Assembly: GCA_038087875.1 (NCBI GenBank)
Contig: CM075988.1
Span: forward strand, 15,874,001-15,938,000
DNA: 64,000 nucleotides
From: Malacoraja senta
Taxonomy: Eukaryota
Direction: 5' to 3'
A program made the translations under genes and the position numbers. The notes under the pieces are model-generated. The model was given only the letters and a program-made list of their open reading frames with translations. It was not told the origin of the DNA and searched no databases. This document shows, in pieces, positions 10,506-23,548 of this stretch (positions are counted from its first letter, which is position 1; each line of letters starts with the position of its first letter).

Positions 10506-13500
10506 AAACATAGAAACATAGAAACATAGAAAAATAGGCGCAGGTGTAGGCCATTCGGCCCTTCGAGCCTGCACCGCCATTCAATATGATGATGGCTGAT
10601 CATCCAACTCAGTATCCTGTACCTGCTTTCTCTCCATACCCCCTGATCCCTTTAGCCACAAGGGCCACATCTAACTACCTCTTAAATATAGCCAATGAAC
10701 TAGCCTCAACTACATTATGTGGCAGAGAATTCTACAGATTCACCACTCTCTGTGTAAAAAATGTTTTTCTCATCTCAGTCCTAAAAGATTTCCCCTTTAT
10801 CCTTAAACTGTGACCCCTTGTTCTGGACTTCCCCAACATCGGGAACAATCTTCCTGCATCTAGCTTGTCCAACCCCTTAAGAATTTTGTACGTTTCTATA
10901 AGATCCCCCCTCAATCATCTAAATTCTAGCGAGTACAAGCCGAGTCTATCCAGTCTTTCTTCATATGATAGTCCTAACATCCCAGGAATCAGTCTGGTGA
11001 ACCTTCTCCGTACTCCCTCTATGGCAAGAATGTCCTTCCTCAGATTAGGAGACCAAAACTGTACGCAGGTGTGGTCTCACCAAGACCCTGTACAACTGCA
11101 GTAGAACCTCCCTGCTCCTATACTCAAATCCTTTTGCTATGAATGCTAACATACCATTCGCTTTCTTCACTGCCTGCTGCACCTGCATGCCTACTTTCAA
11201 TGACTGGTGTACCATGACACCCAGGTCTCGTTGCATCTCCCCTTTTCCTAATCGGCCACCATTCAGGTAATAGTCTACTTTCCTGTTTTTGCCACCAAAG
11301 TGGATAACCTCACATTTATCCATATTATACTGCATCTGCCATGCATTTGCCCACTCACCCAGCCTATCCAAGTCATCTTGCGGCCTCCTAGCACCCTCCT
11401 CACAGCTAACACTGCCCCCCAGCTTCGTGTCATCCGCAAACTTGGAGATGTTGCATTCAATTCCCTCGTCCAAATCATTAATATATATTGTAAATAGCTG
11501 GGGTCCCAGCACTGAGCCTTGCGGTACCCCACTAGTCACTGCCTGCCATTCTGACAAGGACCCGTTTACTCCTACTCTTTGCTTCCTGTCTGCCACCCAG
11601 TTCTCTATCCACATCAATACTGAACCCCCAATACCGTGTGCTTTAAGTTTGTATACTAATCTCTTATGTGGTACCTTGTCGAAAGCCTTCTGAAAGTCCA
11701 GATATAACACATCCACTGGTTCTCCCTTATCCTCCCTTATCTAGTTACATCCTCGAAAAATTCTATAAGATTCGTCAGACATGATTTACCTTTCATAAAT
11801 CCATGCTGACTTTGTCCAATGATTTCACCATTTTCCAAATGTGCTGCTATCCCATCTTTAATAACTGACTCTAGCAGCTTCCCCACTACCAATGTTAGAC
11901 TAACTGGTCTGTAATTCCCCGTTTTCTCTCTCCCTCCCTTTTTAAAAAGTGTGGTTACATTAGCTACCCTCCAATCCTCAGGAACTACTCCAGAATCTAA
12001 AGAGTTTTGAAAAATTATCACTAATGCATCCGCTATTTCTGGGGCTACTTCCTTAAGTACTCTGGGATGCAGCCTATCTGGCCCTGGGGATTTATCGGCC
12101 TTTAATCCACTCAATTTACCTAACACCACTTCCCGGCTAACCTGGATTTCACTCAGTTCCTCCATCTCATTTGACCCCCGGTCCCCTGCTATTTGCGGCA
12201 GATTAATTAAGTCTTCCTTAGTGGTCTGCCATGCCCTTGTTCCCCATGATCAATTCACCTGTTTCTGACTGCAAGGGACCTACATTTGTTTTAACTAATC
12301 TTTTTCTCTTCACATATCTATAAAAACGTTTGCAGTCAGTTTTTATGTTCCCTGCCAGTTTTCTTTCATAACCTATTTTCCCTTTCCTAATTAAACCATT
12401 TGTCCTCCTCTGCTGGACTGAATTTCTCCCAGTCCTCTGGTAGGCTGCTTTTTCTGGCTAATTTGTATGCTTCATCTTTTGTTTTGATACTATCCCTGAT
12501 TTCCCTTGTTATCCACGGATGCACTACCTTCCCTGATTTATTCTTTTGCCAAACTGGGATGAACAATTGTTGTAGTTCATCCATGCAGCCTTTAAATGCC
12601 TTCCATTGCATATCCACCGTCAATCCTTTAAGAATCAATTGCCAGTCTATCTTGGCCAATTCACGTCGCATACCCTCAAAGTTACCTTTCTTTAAGTTCA
12701 GAACCCTTGTTTCTGAATTAATTATATCACTCTCCATCCTAATGAAGAACTCAATCATATTATGGTCACTCTTGCCCAAGGGGCCACGCACAACAAGACT
12801 GCTAACTAACCCTTCCTCATTACTCAATACCCAGTCTAGAATAGCCTGCTCTCTCATTGGTTCCTCTACATGTTGATTTAGAAAACTATCCCGCATACAT
12901 TCCAAGAAATCCTCTTCCTCAGCACCCCTGCCAATTTGATTCACCCAATCTATATGTAGATTGAAGTCACCCATTATAACTGTTTTACCTTTGTTGCACG
13001 CATTTCTAATTTCCAGTTTGATGCTGTCCCCAACTCCACTACTACTGTTAGGTGGCCTGTACACAACTCCCACTAGCGTTTTCTACCCCTTAGTGTTTCG
13101 CAGTTCTACCCATATCGATTCCACATCCTCCAAGCTAATGTCCTTCCTTTCTATTGCGTTAATCTGCTCTCTAACCAGCAACACTACCCAACCTCCTTTT
13201 CCTTTCTGTCTATCCCTCCTGAATATTGAATATCCCTGGATGTTCAGCTCCCAGCCTTGGTTACCCTGGAGCCATGTCTCCTTGATCCCAACTATATCAT
13301 AGTCATTAATAGCTATCTGCACATTCAACTCATCCACCTTATTACGAGTGCTCCTTGCATTGAGACACAAAGTCTTCAGGCATGTTTTTACAACACTCTT
13401 ACCCCTTATACAATTATGTTGAAAAATTGCCCTTTTTGATTTTTGCCCTGGATTTGTCTGCCTGCCACTTTTACTTTTCACCTTGCTACCTATTGCTTCT

Positions 13501-14640
13501 ACCCTCATTTTACACCCTCTGTCTCTCTGCTCACACATTTAAGAAACCCACCACCTCTTATTCTCTGTTTATTATATTTTTCTTCTTTCCCCCCTACATG
13601 TTGGGTCTGAGTGCTTCCCTTCTCTGCCTCCTGCCTCACACACTGTCTACTAGTTTTCTCTATTTGAGTTCCTCCCCCCAACCGTTCTAGTTTAATGTCT
13701 CCCCAGTAGCCTTTGCAAATCTCCCCACCAGGATATTGGTCCCCCTCGGGTTCAAGTGCAACCCGTCCTTTTTGTACAGGTCACACCTTCCCCAAAAGAG
13801 GTTCCAATGATCCAGAAACTTGAATCCCTGCCCACTGCACCAGTCCTTCAGCCACGCATTTATCCTCCAACTCGCTCCATTCCTACTCTCACTGTCGCGT
13901 GGCACAGGCAGTAATCCTGAGATTGTTACCTTTGCGGTCCTTTTCCTTAACTCTCTTCCTAACTCCCTAAATTCTCCTTTCAGGACCTCTTCCCTTTTTC
14001 TACCTATGTCATTGGTACCTATATGTACCACGACCTCGGGCTCCTCTCCCTCCCATTTCAGGATATCTTGGACACGTTCAGACACATCCCAGACCCTGGC
14101 ACCAGGGAGGCAAACTACCATCCGGGTCTCCCGACTGCGTCCACAGAATCGCCTGTCTGACCCCCTAACTATAGAGTCCCCTATTACTACTGCCTTCCTC
14201 TTCTTTTCCTTACCCCTCTGAGCAACAGGGCCGGTCTCTGTACCGGAGGCCCGGCCGCTGTTGCTACCCCCAGGTAGGCTGTCCCCCCCAACAGTACTCA
14301 AACAGGAGTACTTATTGTCAAGGTTTACAGCCACCGGGGTACTCTCTAGTCCCTGCCTCTGCCCCTTGCCCCTCCTAACTGTGACCCATTTGTCTGTCTC
14401 CCGTGGTTTTGGAGTGACCACCTCTCTATAACTCCTCTCTATGACCTCCTCACGCTCCCTGACCAGACGGAGGTCATCCGAGCTGCTGCTCCAGGTTCCT
14501 AACACGGTCCCTTAGAGCCCCATCTCGACGCACCTGGCGCAGATGTGGACGTCTGGAGGGCTATCAGACTCCATGACTTCCCACATCTGACATCCAGAAC
14601 AGTAAACTGCCCTGGCCCTCATACTCCTCCCTTACCCTGG
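10506..14640 (-). mobile_element. CR1 LINE, near full length, decayed (ORF1 zinc finger/esterase; ORF2 endonuclease and RT)
   Basis: CLNARSTRNK, GDFNLH, SDHN, YLDFQKAFDKVPH, SGVPQGSVLGP, KFADDTKLG; (CTATGTTT)n tail at 10506-10530. Confidence 0.95.
13687..14620 (-). pseudogene. CR1 ORF1, SGNH/GDSL esterase-like with N-terminal Cys motif (frameshift near 14480)
   Basis: VIGDSIVRG, CLPGARV, VHIGTND, DGLHLN blocks; upstream CSGCQMWE...CARC. Confidence 0.85.
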
Positions 14641-15289
14641 ATACAATACAAAGTGCAATACAATACAAAGTACAATACAATACAATACAAACTGCTGGAA
14701 ATACTTAGTAGGATATGCTAAAACTTCAGATCACCATGTCCAGGAGCAGACTTGAATGGAGATGCTGCCTGCCCCACTGAATTACTCCAGCATTTTGTGT
14801 CTACCTTGCATGGGCAGTTGGAGGCAAGCGTTTGATTTTGTGTCTTAATTTTCTTGCCAGGGAAGATCTGTCCAATTTCTGACCAGTAGCCTGCATTGTT
14901 TCCATTGGGTACTGAGATCTCTCAGGATTAGATGACCCAGAACTGAAACATTACAGGCATCAGTAACCTTCACAGATTGCCCCCAGACTTTCTGTCAATT
15001 ATGTCCCAGATTTTGTTCCAATTAGTGATTAAGAAGTTTAACTGATTTTGAACATATACTAAATTTACAAGATTATGTGAAGCATTGGCAAAGTTGTGGT
15101 AACTGGTTATTTGGGTGCAGAGTTGCAAAACAAAGGCATACAAATTGCCAGCAAATCCTGATACTGAAATGGTGGAAACACTCACCAGACCAAACAGCGT
15201 CTGTGGAAAGGGAAACAAGAGTTAACATTTCAGGTTGAAACCCCTTCTTCACAACTGAAAAGTGAGAAAATACAAAGAGAGATGTGAAG

Positions 15290-15552
15290 GCTGTGAAATA
15301 CAAATCACATCAGTCCATGCCGACCAACGGTCACCCGTACACAGTCCTATCTTACACACTGGGGACAATTTTCAGAAGCCAATTAACCTACAGCCCCGCA
15401 TATCTGTAGAGTGTGGTAGGAAACCAGAGCACCCTGAGAAAACCCACATGGTCACAGGGAGAATCTACAAACTCCATACAGACAGAACCCATAGTCAGAT
15501 CGAATGCGGGTCTCTGGCGCTGTAAGGTAGCAACTCTACCGTTGCACCACTG
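15290..15552 (-). mobile_element. tRNA-derived V-SINE/HE1-like SINE
   Basis: Reverse complement has A/B-box-like head GGTGCAACGGTAGAG...GCATTCGATC and TGTATGGAGTTTG core. Confidence 0.75.
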
Positions 15553-16845
15553 TCTCATCATCTGAACAGCAACAAATGAATTGAGGGACTGGGAGAGTGG
15601 AATGGAGTCCTTACAGAAAGTATAGTGGGTGATAGTATAGTTGAGACAGCTGTGTGTGTCTATTTGCTTGCAATGGAAATTCACTGTTAACATTTCTCCT
15701 GAAATGGATAGAGTGGGAAACAAAGAATCGGGGATGAATTCATCCAGCTGTAATATTAAAGTTGTTTTCCTATTTTCATAGACACTCTATGAGCTGCTGG
15801 GTATTTCCAACATTGCCCTTTTAATTTCAGTTCTCTACAAAAGCTCTGACCAACAGTACACCCTGTTTACTCGCTCTCTTGCCCTCATTAATTTACTAAT
15901 ACCTCCTCCACCTTCTCTGCGACGTTTAACTACCTGGACTGTTCTTGTGTTTTTTTTTCACATTTTCAGTTCCGATGGCAGTATCTGTCTCTCCTTCCAT
16001 AGATGCTGCCTGACCTGCTGAGTATTTCCAGCATTTCCAGTTTATTTTGGATTTTCAGCATCTGGAGTGTTTTGACTTTAATACAATTTAGCAATCAACA
16101 AAGCAATAAGATGGAGAAGAATCTTTCCAAACCGTTACATATGAAGTAATGAGAGTGAAAGGTTTGAGCAACAGCGCGAGAATGGTAATTTATTCACTAC
16201 GAGAATGGCAATTTAAAGAAGGGTTTTGAGCTGAAACGTCACCTATTCCTTTAGTAATGACCAGGTTCAGGAACAGCTGCTTCCCCACACTACAACACTA
16301 CAACCTCATAAAGTTCTGAACTGCAATAGACTATTATTATTATTGCACTATTATTGTTTGTTTTTTGCATATGTGGTGTGTGTGTGTACTTGTGAGTATG
16401 TGTATATATACACTCTGAACTTTCTCTCGTAACATACTATGTTTACAAATTCTGTTGCGCTGCAGCAAGTAAGAATGTCATTGTTCTATCTGGGACATAT
16501 GACAATAAAACACTCTTGACTCGACTCTTCTAAACCAACATCTGCAGTTTCTTCCTACACATGGTAGTTTATTAATTCCACAAACCTCTAAGTTGCACAG
16601 TAAATGCAGAGCATCGACTACCCTTTTCCAACCCCTCTGTATGTGTCAGTCAACTATACACCAGAGTACATGTTGCATTTAGCAAGCGGTAATATCTAGC
16701 TAATGCACAAAGTTGGCTAGGACTGTGGCAGGGAGTCCAGCAGCCTGAAGAAGCAACCAACTTCCTAATCTTTAAATATTCAGCCCTAATGGAGCAAGGA
16801 TAATGGCAGAACCCTACATTTATTTGCATTTAACATTGTTTCTAG

Positions 16846-16911
16846 ATGAATCGGGAGTTCCAGTTACTGAGGGCGAGAAGGATTCACCTGTAACTATTGG
16901 CAAATCAGAAG
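16846..16911 (+). CDS. LAYN: layilin probable stalk exon (66 nt)
   Basis: cattgtttctag acceptor and G|GTAACT donor; phase 1-1 and open: DESGVPVTEGEKDSPVTIGKSE; fits between the flanking exons. Confidence 0.7.
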
Positions 16912-17389
16912 GTAACTATGGAAATACTGAGCAGCACGAGATGTAAATCCTCCTCCACCACATGCTCTAAATATGTGATACGATGGCATAACCTAATTTG
17001 CTGATTTTTGGGAATTTAAGTGCAGTGCACACACAGTATCTTACTGGGCTACAGGCTTCTGCCTCCTGTGTTTATTTCTGACCAATACCAAGTTTGCTGC
17101 CTAATCCCGTGAAGCCCCTATCAATGGTAGGTCTCACCAATCTGGTGGTGGAAGTGACTCGTGGTCCACGGACATTTGTCATCATCTGTCCAGCTGTTCG
17201 TTTTTAACACTTTTTCAATTAATAAGCCATTTCATCATTGCTACTCTCCCTGCTATCGGAAGATATTGACATTAAAATTGGGTTCAGACCCTAAAATTGG
17301 GCAACCAAGACCAAAGACCCGGAATCCTGTTGCGGCGCAGGTCCCCTCCTCAGCTAAAGATGCTGACTTTCATTGGACTTGAGTCTCCA

Positions 17390-18140
17390 TCTCTGTTGGA
17401 CTCACAGATGTAAACCCTGTCCCTATACCTCCTCACTCACCTCCATCTGAGGACCCCAGCAGTCCTTCCAGGTGAGACAGAGGTACACGAGCACCTCTTC
17501 TATCCTGAAATACTGCATCCAGTGTTCCCAATATGGCAAGGACCAAGAGTAGACTGCGCTCAGTCTGCCAAGGCCTACTGGATCTCCTGGTTGCTACCCA
17601 TTTTAACTTCTCTTCCCATTCCCATACTGGCTTTTGTGTCCTGGACCTCTTCCACTGCCAGAGGGAGGCCAGTCACAAACTGGAGAATCACCTTGGGTAG
17701 CTTACAACCCAACGGTATGAACATAGATTTCTCCAATTTTAGGTAACCTCTCACAAACATCCACCACCCTTCCTTCCCAAACCACACCGTTCTTTCACCC
17801 CCCCCCCCCCACCTTCCCTCATGCCTAATCTGGCCCCCCACCTATTCACCCCCTCGCTGCCCTCTGGTTGTACAATCCGTAACTCTTCAACCCTGCCTCA
17901 CACCTTCCTTTCTTATCACTGGCCTATGTTCCCAACCATCTGCCTATACAAAATCCTCCTTGCCTATGTCAACCTATTATCTGCCAAGCTTTGTCTGCCT
18001 CTCCCCTTTTCCAACTCCCCCCCCCCCCCCCACCACAAACAGTCTGAAGAAGGGTCTTAGCCAAAACATCACCTATCCATGCTCTCCAGAGATGCTGCCA
18101 GATCCGCTGAGTTACTCCAGCCTTTTGTGTCCTTCCCTGC
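17390..18140 (+). mobile_element. Penelope-like element, 3' fragment (GIY-YIG endonuclease remnant plus terminal repeat)
   Basis: Remnant PQQSFQVRQRYTSTSSILKYCIQCSQ and LGSLQPNGMNIDFSNFR*; ends in the same CTGAAGAAGGG...CTCTCCAGAGATGCTGCC sequence as the short palindromic elements. Confidence 0.8.
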
Positions 18141-18589
18141 ATATCCAGTTGCCTATTCAAATACAGTACCGTTTCTGCATCCACCCTCACCCTGCATCAT
18201 GTTCCAGGCACAGCACCCGCTGTGTAAAAACAAAAATGCCCCTTTCATATTTTTTTCAAAAGAAACTCAGTTCCCTTCTTGCTGGAAGGAATCGGCCCAC
18301 ATTGAAACTGTGGTTCTTTGACTATCTGATGCCCTCCTATAACTCGTACATGCCCGGTCACGGTCAAAGGATTTCTGATCTGAATTATGTTGCAGCCTGA
18401 AGCCCAAATGCCGGAGATTGATTATGGAATGTCGCAGGAATCCTGAATGGGTTTTTTTTGCTCCTTAATCTGAAATTCCTGAAGATAATTCCTGAAGATA
18501 GACCTTTTGAAAAACCCCGACCTAGCTGAGTTCAGTTAGCTCAGCATTAACCCCAAACCATCTTTCTAAAGCAATATTGAATATTTCCT

Positions 18590-19140
18590 TTATTGGCTGA
18601 GGCAAGGTTGATAAGAGCGGAGAACAAATGCTGGATCGATAAACAGTGACAGTTAAACCATGGCCTATGTACTGTGTAGAGTTGTGGTTGCCACATAAGA
18701 ATAAAGAGGTGGTTGACCTGGAGAGGGTGCAGAGAAGGTTTAAGGGGACGTTGCCAAGTCTGGACAATTGCAGCTGTCAGGAAAGACGGGGTGGGCTGGG
18801 GGTGGCGGTGGGTTGGGGTTCATTGGGTTTCGATTGTGAAGCCTGAGGGGCAGATGTAAAATTATTTTAAGTAAATGGGAAGGACCTGGTTTCCTGAGCA
18901 AGGGTGATTCGTGGGATAATTGGAAGAAGGATTTTGTGGAAAATGAGAATTTTTTGTACAAAAGGAGGTGGAGATCCAGAACTCACTACCTGGAAAAGCG
19001 GTCGAGATGGTGAACTTCACTATTAAAAAGTACACCGATTCTACTGGAAGACCTGTGACCAGCAGGGCTGTCGGTCAATTACTAGAGGGTGACGTTAGTT
19101 TGGGATAGTTATTTCAGACATGATGGGCCAAGTGACTTCC
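18590..19140 (+). mobile_element. old CR1 3' fragment
   Basis: YCVELWLPHKNKEVVDLERVQRRF remnant. Confidence 0.65.
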
Positions 19141-19266
19141 CATGTGTACAAACATTTCTAAAGATCACTTTCATTTTAAATATTTCAAACAAGATGCACA
19201 TATCCTGCTCACTGGATTTCAAAATGTCAGATTTACCTTTGTAATTGGAGCATTTATTTTTTGCAG

Positions 19267-19369
19267 GCAATTCTCTCAACATCATCTACATTATCATTCC
19301 AACGATCCCTCTGCTCCTCCTGTTGCTGGTCTCCAGTGCAGTCTTTTGTTTCCGTTTCTTTGTGAGAAG
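19267..19369 (+). CDS. LAYN: layilin transmembrane exon
   Basis: ttttttgcag acceptor and AG|GTAAGT donor; NSLNIIYIIIPTIPLLLLLLVSSAVFCFRFFVR. Confidence 0.93.
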
Positions 19370-19399
19370 GTAAGTTGGAGATGACAGGTGGCCCAGGCA

Positions 19400-19960
19400 T
19401 TGGCAGACCACCCCTCCACGGTGACAACCCACCTAACGTCAGGGAGACGGACCCCTGATGTCATGATGACGCACCACCCAATGTCACAGTGACAGACCCG
19501 GCGGTGATGGATCCACCCAATGTCACAGTGACAGACCTGACGGCGATGGATCCATCTAATGTCATGGTGACAGACCCCCCCCCCCAACCCCATGGTGATA
19601 GACCACCCAACCACATGGAGACAGAGCTCCCAACCCCACGTGATGGACCACCCAACGTCACAGTGATAATCCACCCAACACTACGGTGACAGAGCCCCCA
19701 ACCCCGTGGTGACAGACCATCCAACCCCATGGTGGCGGAGCCCCCAAACCCCACGATGATGGATCACCCAACATCACATTGACAACCCACCCCACCTCAC
19801 AGCATCAGACCACCCAACCCCACGGTGACAGACCACCCAATGTCACTGCAACAGACCACCCAATGTCATGTTGACGACCCACCCAACTCAGCAGTGACAG
19901 ACACCCAACCCTACTATGATGGACCACCCAACCCCACTGTGAGGGACAATCCATCGTCAA
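19400..19960. repeat. degenerate minisatellite (~19-40 bp units)
   Basis: Recurring CACCCAATGTCACAGTGACAGAC and CCCAACCCCACGGTGACAGAC units. Confidence 0.8.
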
Positions 19961-20115
19961 CATCGGTGAGAATTCACATTGCTTAATGCACTCACCACCC
20001 CAGCCTCTCCCCCCCCCCCCCTTCCTTTCCCACTGGGAGGGCAACTCAGTGTGAGAAAGGTATCCAAATTTGTCTCAGTCTGGCTGGCAATTCAAGTTAA
20101 TGATTTTATTTTAAG

Positions 20116-20446
20116 GAGGAAGGAAAGAAGTGAAAATGTTGTGAAAGAGCACAGCTTCTGGATGGAGCCTGTCAGAACCCAGTCGCCAAACCTGGAGATT
20201 TACAACATCATCAGAAAGCAGTCAGAGGCAGACTTGACTGGAACTCACCCTCACATTAACACCACATCCTTCCGCACCACTCCAGCTAATCGAGGCTTGC
20301 ACAGTCTCTCTGGAGAGTATGATAACGTCGACGGTCAGTGCTCTGAGAGCGGCTTTGTGACTAATGATATTTATGAGTCTTGCAGTGACCAAGCATCAAG
20401 AAGCAGAGAATCAGGTTGGGTTGAAAACGGGATCTATGGTTACTAG
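20116..20446 (+). CDS. LAYN: layilin terminal coding exon (cytoplasmic tail)
   Basis: ttttattttaag acceptor; SPNLEIYNIIRKQSEADL...ESGFVTNDIYE...ESGWVENGIYGY*. This long tail distinguishes layilin from its paralogue chondrolectin. Confidence 0.95.
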
Positions 20447-22308
20447 GAGTCTGCAGGGTCCAGTTGTGAGGACCAGATTGTCCAGGGACCGTTTCCCCTC
20501 AAGGAGGGGACACATTCCTCGCTGGACAAAATACTCTATTCCTTTTGCGACAGGACACAGAGGGAAACACCCAATGAAACAGGGACCATGAAAGGTGACG
20601 CGACAACCAGCAAGACTATCAGTGAACAATTGAACACCAGGGCTCCAACCCACTCGCACGTCAACAGCGCCTTAGGGCTGTTCCAGAGAGGCGGCTGAGT
20701 GTGAGTGAGGGAGATGTGGTCTCATGGTCTTATTCATGTCAGCATGTAAACACTTTCTCCTTTCGTCCCCAGCATATCACTGAATGTGTCCCCGCTCTCT
20801 CTGCAGGGAAAGCATGATTCAAGTCCACCTCCACATATTGCCTGACACAATATCCACACAAAGTGCATATTAAAGTCCATCAATACAAATGTTGACCAGA
20901 GCTCTCTCTGAACTTTGTCCACCGTGTTAAATGCTAGAACTCTCGTTAAATACACAGAACCTCTTCTGGAGCACCTCAAGACTGACCTTCAACCTGTGAG
21001 AGGAAGTCACAGCATGTTGTTAATTCCTCCTGAACTGAAGTATTTTCCAGATTTTTTATCAAACTTGCAATGCCTGTTCCAGTTATAAATCATAGTCTTT
21101 GCCACTGCCAATGTGTCCGTGATTTCTGAAAACCCAATGCATTCTGCTCATATCTTGCCAAGTAGAAAATTATTCTCAAAATCAGCTTGTCTTACAGATT
21201 GATTGTGGTGGAAGATCAACAGATCTTTAGGTCTTCAGAGCTCAACTTTCTGACACATCGGGCCAATTTGGCTGTGTGTAGTGGGCACTTGCCCATAGAC
21301 TCTGTTTGTTATGTTCTGCAGGTTATTGTAATCATCGCTGCATCTTGCACAGGGCTTGTATGAGTCAGATGACCAACACTGTGTCTCCTTAACCAGTTAC
21401 TGAAGGATCACGAATGAGCAGCACAAAGTCTGAAAGTGTAAATGTAAGAATATTTGATGCAATCAAATCAGATACTTTTAAATTATTTTTGTGGGATATA
21501 TATATTCCATATAAGGCCATCATGTAATGATGCCCTTCTTCGAACTGCCCTTGGGAAAGTGATGATGAACTGCTGCCTTCATTTTCATAGTCTGTGTGGT
21601 GAATTTCACTGCAGTTTTCTGCAACTGTGTGGCTTGCTAGGTAATTTCAAAGAGCAGATAGTGATCAGGAATCATATATAGGCCAGACCATATAAGGAAG
21701 GCGGGTATCTTTCCTAGTCTTCAGAGAACCATATGGGCTTTTATGACACTTCAGTGGTCTAATACTTACCCTGAATGATTCTATCTACTAATTCCACATC
21801 CTATTAATTAAATTCAAGTTCTCCAGGTGCCTGTGGGGTTTGAACACCTATCCGCATCCAAGCCTTCCGATTATGAGCCCAGTCATTTAAAACTAAAGCG
21901 CCAAACACTGAAAATAAAAGAAGGATAAGGGCAAGACAGTGTGAAGAAAAAACACCAGAAGAAAAAGTAAAGCAATTTTTTTTGTTTGTTTAAGAAAAAT
22001 CTCCAATGATAATTAGTATCTGAAAGAATGGGACTCCATATAGAATTTTCAATGCCAAGTGAACCAGATATCAAATTTTGCACAATGAACATTAGACTGG
22101 GGTAGACAAATCCTAACTTCCTATGGCAAGTTTAATTTGTATCTATATAATCGCACAGTGCAGTAAATATGAAGTGTGTAGTCTGAGATATGATTTTTGA
22201 GCAATTATGCTGAAATAATGCACCTCTTTAACACACACTTTTCACAATCACAATAATACTTTGGTAGACAAAAAATGCTGGAGAAACTCAGCGGGTGAGG
22301 CAGCATCC

Positions 22309-22508
22309 NNNNNNNNNNNNNNNNNNNNNNNNNNNNNNNNNNNNNNNNNNNNNNNNNNNNNNNNNNNNNNNNNNNNNNNNNNNNNNNNNNNNNNNNNNNN
22401 NNNNNNNNNNNNNNNNNNNNNNNNNNNNNNNNNNNNNNNNNNNNNNNNNNNNNNNNNNNNNNNNNNNNNNNNNNNNNNNNNNNNNNNNNNNNNNNNNNNN
22501 NNNNNNNN
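22309..22508. other. assembly gap (200 N)
   Basis: N run. Confidence 1.
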
Positions 22509-22587
22509 GAGATATGATTTTTGAGCAATTTATGCTGAAATAATGCACCTCTTTAACACACACTTTTCACAATCACAATAATACTTT

Positions 22588-22790
22588 GGTAGACAAAAAT
22601 GCTGGAGAAACTCAGCGGGTGAGGCAGCATCCATGGAGCGAAGGAAATAGGCAACGTTTAGGGTCGAAACCCTTCTTCGGCCCGAAACATTGCCTATTTC
22701 CTTCGCTCCATGGATGCTGCCTCACCCGCTGAGTTTCTCCAACATTTTTGTCTACCTTCGATTTTCCAGCATCTGCAGTTCTTTCTTAAA
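22588..22790. mobile_element. Penelope-derived palindromic short element with 14-bp TSD
   Basis: ~80-bp inverted arms spanning 22588-22756; CACAATAATACTTT duplicated at 22574-22587 and 22791-22804. Confidence 0.85.
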
Positions 22791-22804
22791 CACAATAATA
22801 CTTT

Positions 22805-23548
22805 ATTAGCCAAGTATGTTTTGTATCATACGAGGAATTTCACTTGCCAAGTCAGTCATACAAATAGAAAGCAACGGGACAATCACATTTTTACATAAAC
22901 ATCCATCACAGTAACTCCTCCACATTCCTCACTGTGATGGAAGGCGAAAAAAAAGTTCAATCTCTTCCCTTTGTTTTCCCGCGGTCGGGGGCCTCGAGCC
23001 CTCCGTTGACGGGATGATCTTGACGCCCGTAGCCGGCGACGGGCCCTCCACGTCGAGGCGATCAGCTCCTGCATCGGTGGGATGTCAGCTCCCCCACGCC
23101 AGACGATCGAACCCCATTGCAGGAGCTGGTCGAACTTTCCGCAATGTTGGATCTCCCGCCATCCATGGCCTCTCCCGAGACTGCGAGCTCCCAATGTAAA
23201 GTCCGCAGGCCGCGGTTGGAGCAATCCCAGGCAAGGGATCGACTCCGATGTAAGTCCATGCCCCACGGTGAGGCCCAAGGTCAGTCCGAGGAGGCCTCCA
23301 GCGCAATCGATGGTAGGCCGCAGAGCGACCGGAGAATGCGATCTGAAAATTAATCGCATCTCCGGCAAGGTAAGAAACTGGAAAAAAAAGGTTTCCCCCA
23401 ACCCCTCCCCCCCCCCCCCCCCCCCCCACATAAAACAAACTGGAGAACATTTACACAAACTTTTAACACACTAAAAATAAACAAAAGACGAAAAAACAAA
23501 CAGACTGTTGGCGGGGCTGCCAATCGTGCGGCGCCCCCTGGTGGTGGC
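22805..23548 (-). mobile_element. CpG-rich non-coding retroposon (SINE-like) with Rex-type tail
   Basis: 3' end AAATTCCTCGTATG...CTTGGCTAATAAAG resembles the Rex tail at 6621-6680; shares an internal segment with 9030-9283. Confidence 0.7.
23531..23544 (-). promoter_or_regulatory. CTCF consensus motif
   Basis: CCACCAGGGGGCGC, matching the CTCF core consensus. Confidence 0.6.

Noticed and set aside
19400..19960. CRISPR-like periodicity
   Set aside because: Degenerate tandem units without unique spacers, inside a vertebrate intron, no cas genes
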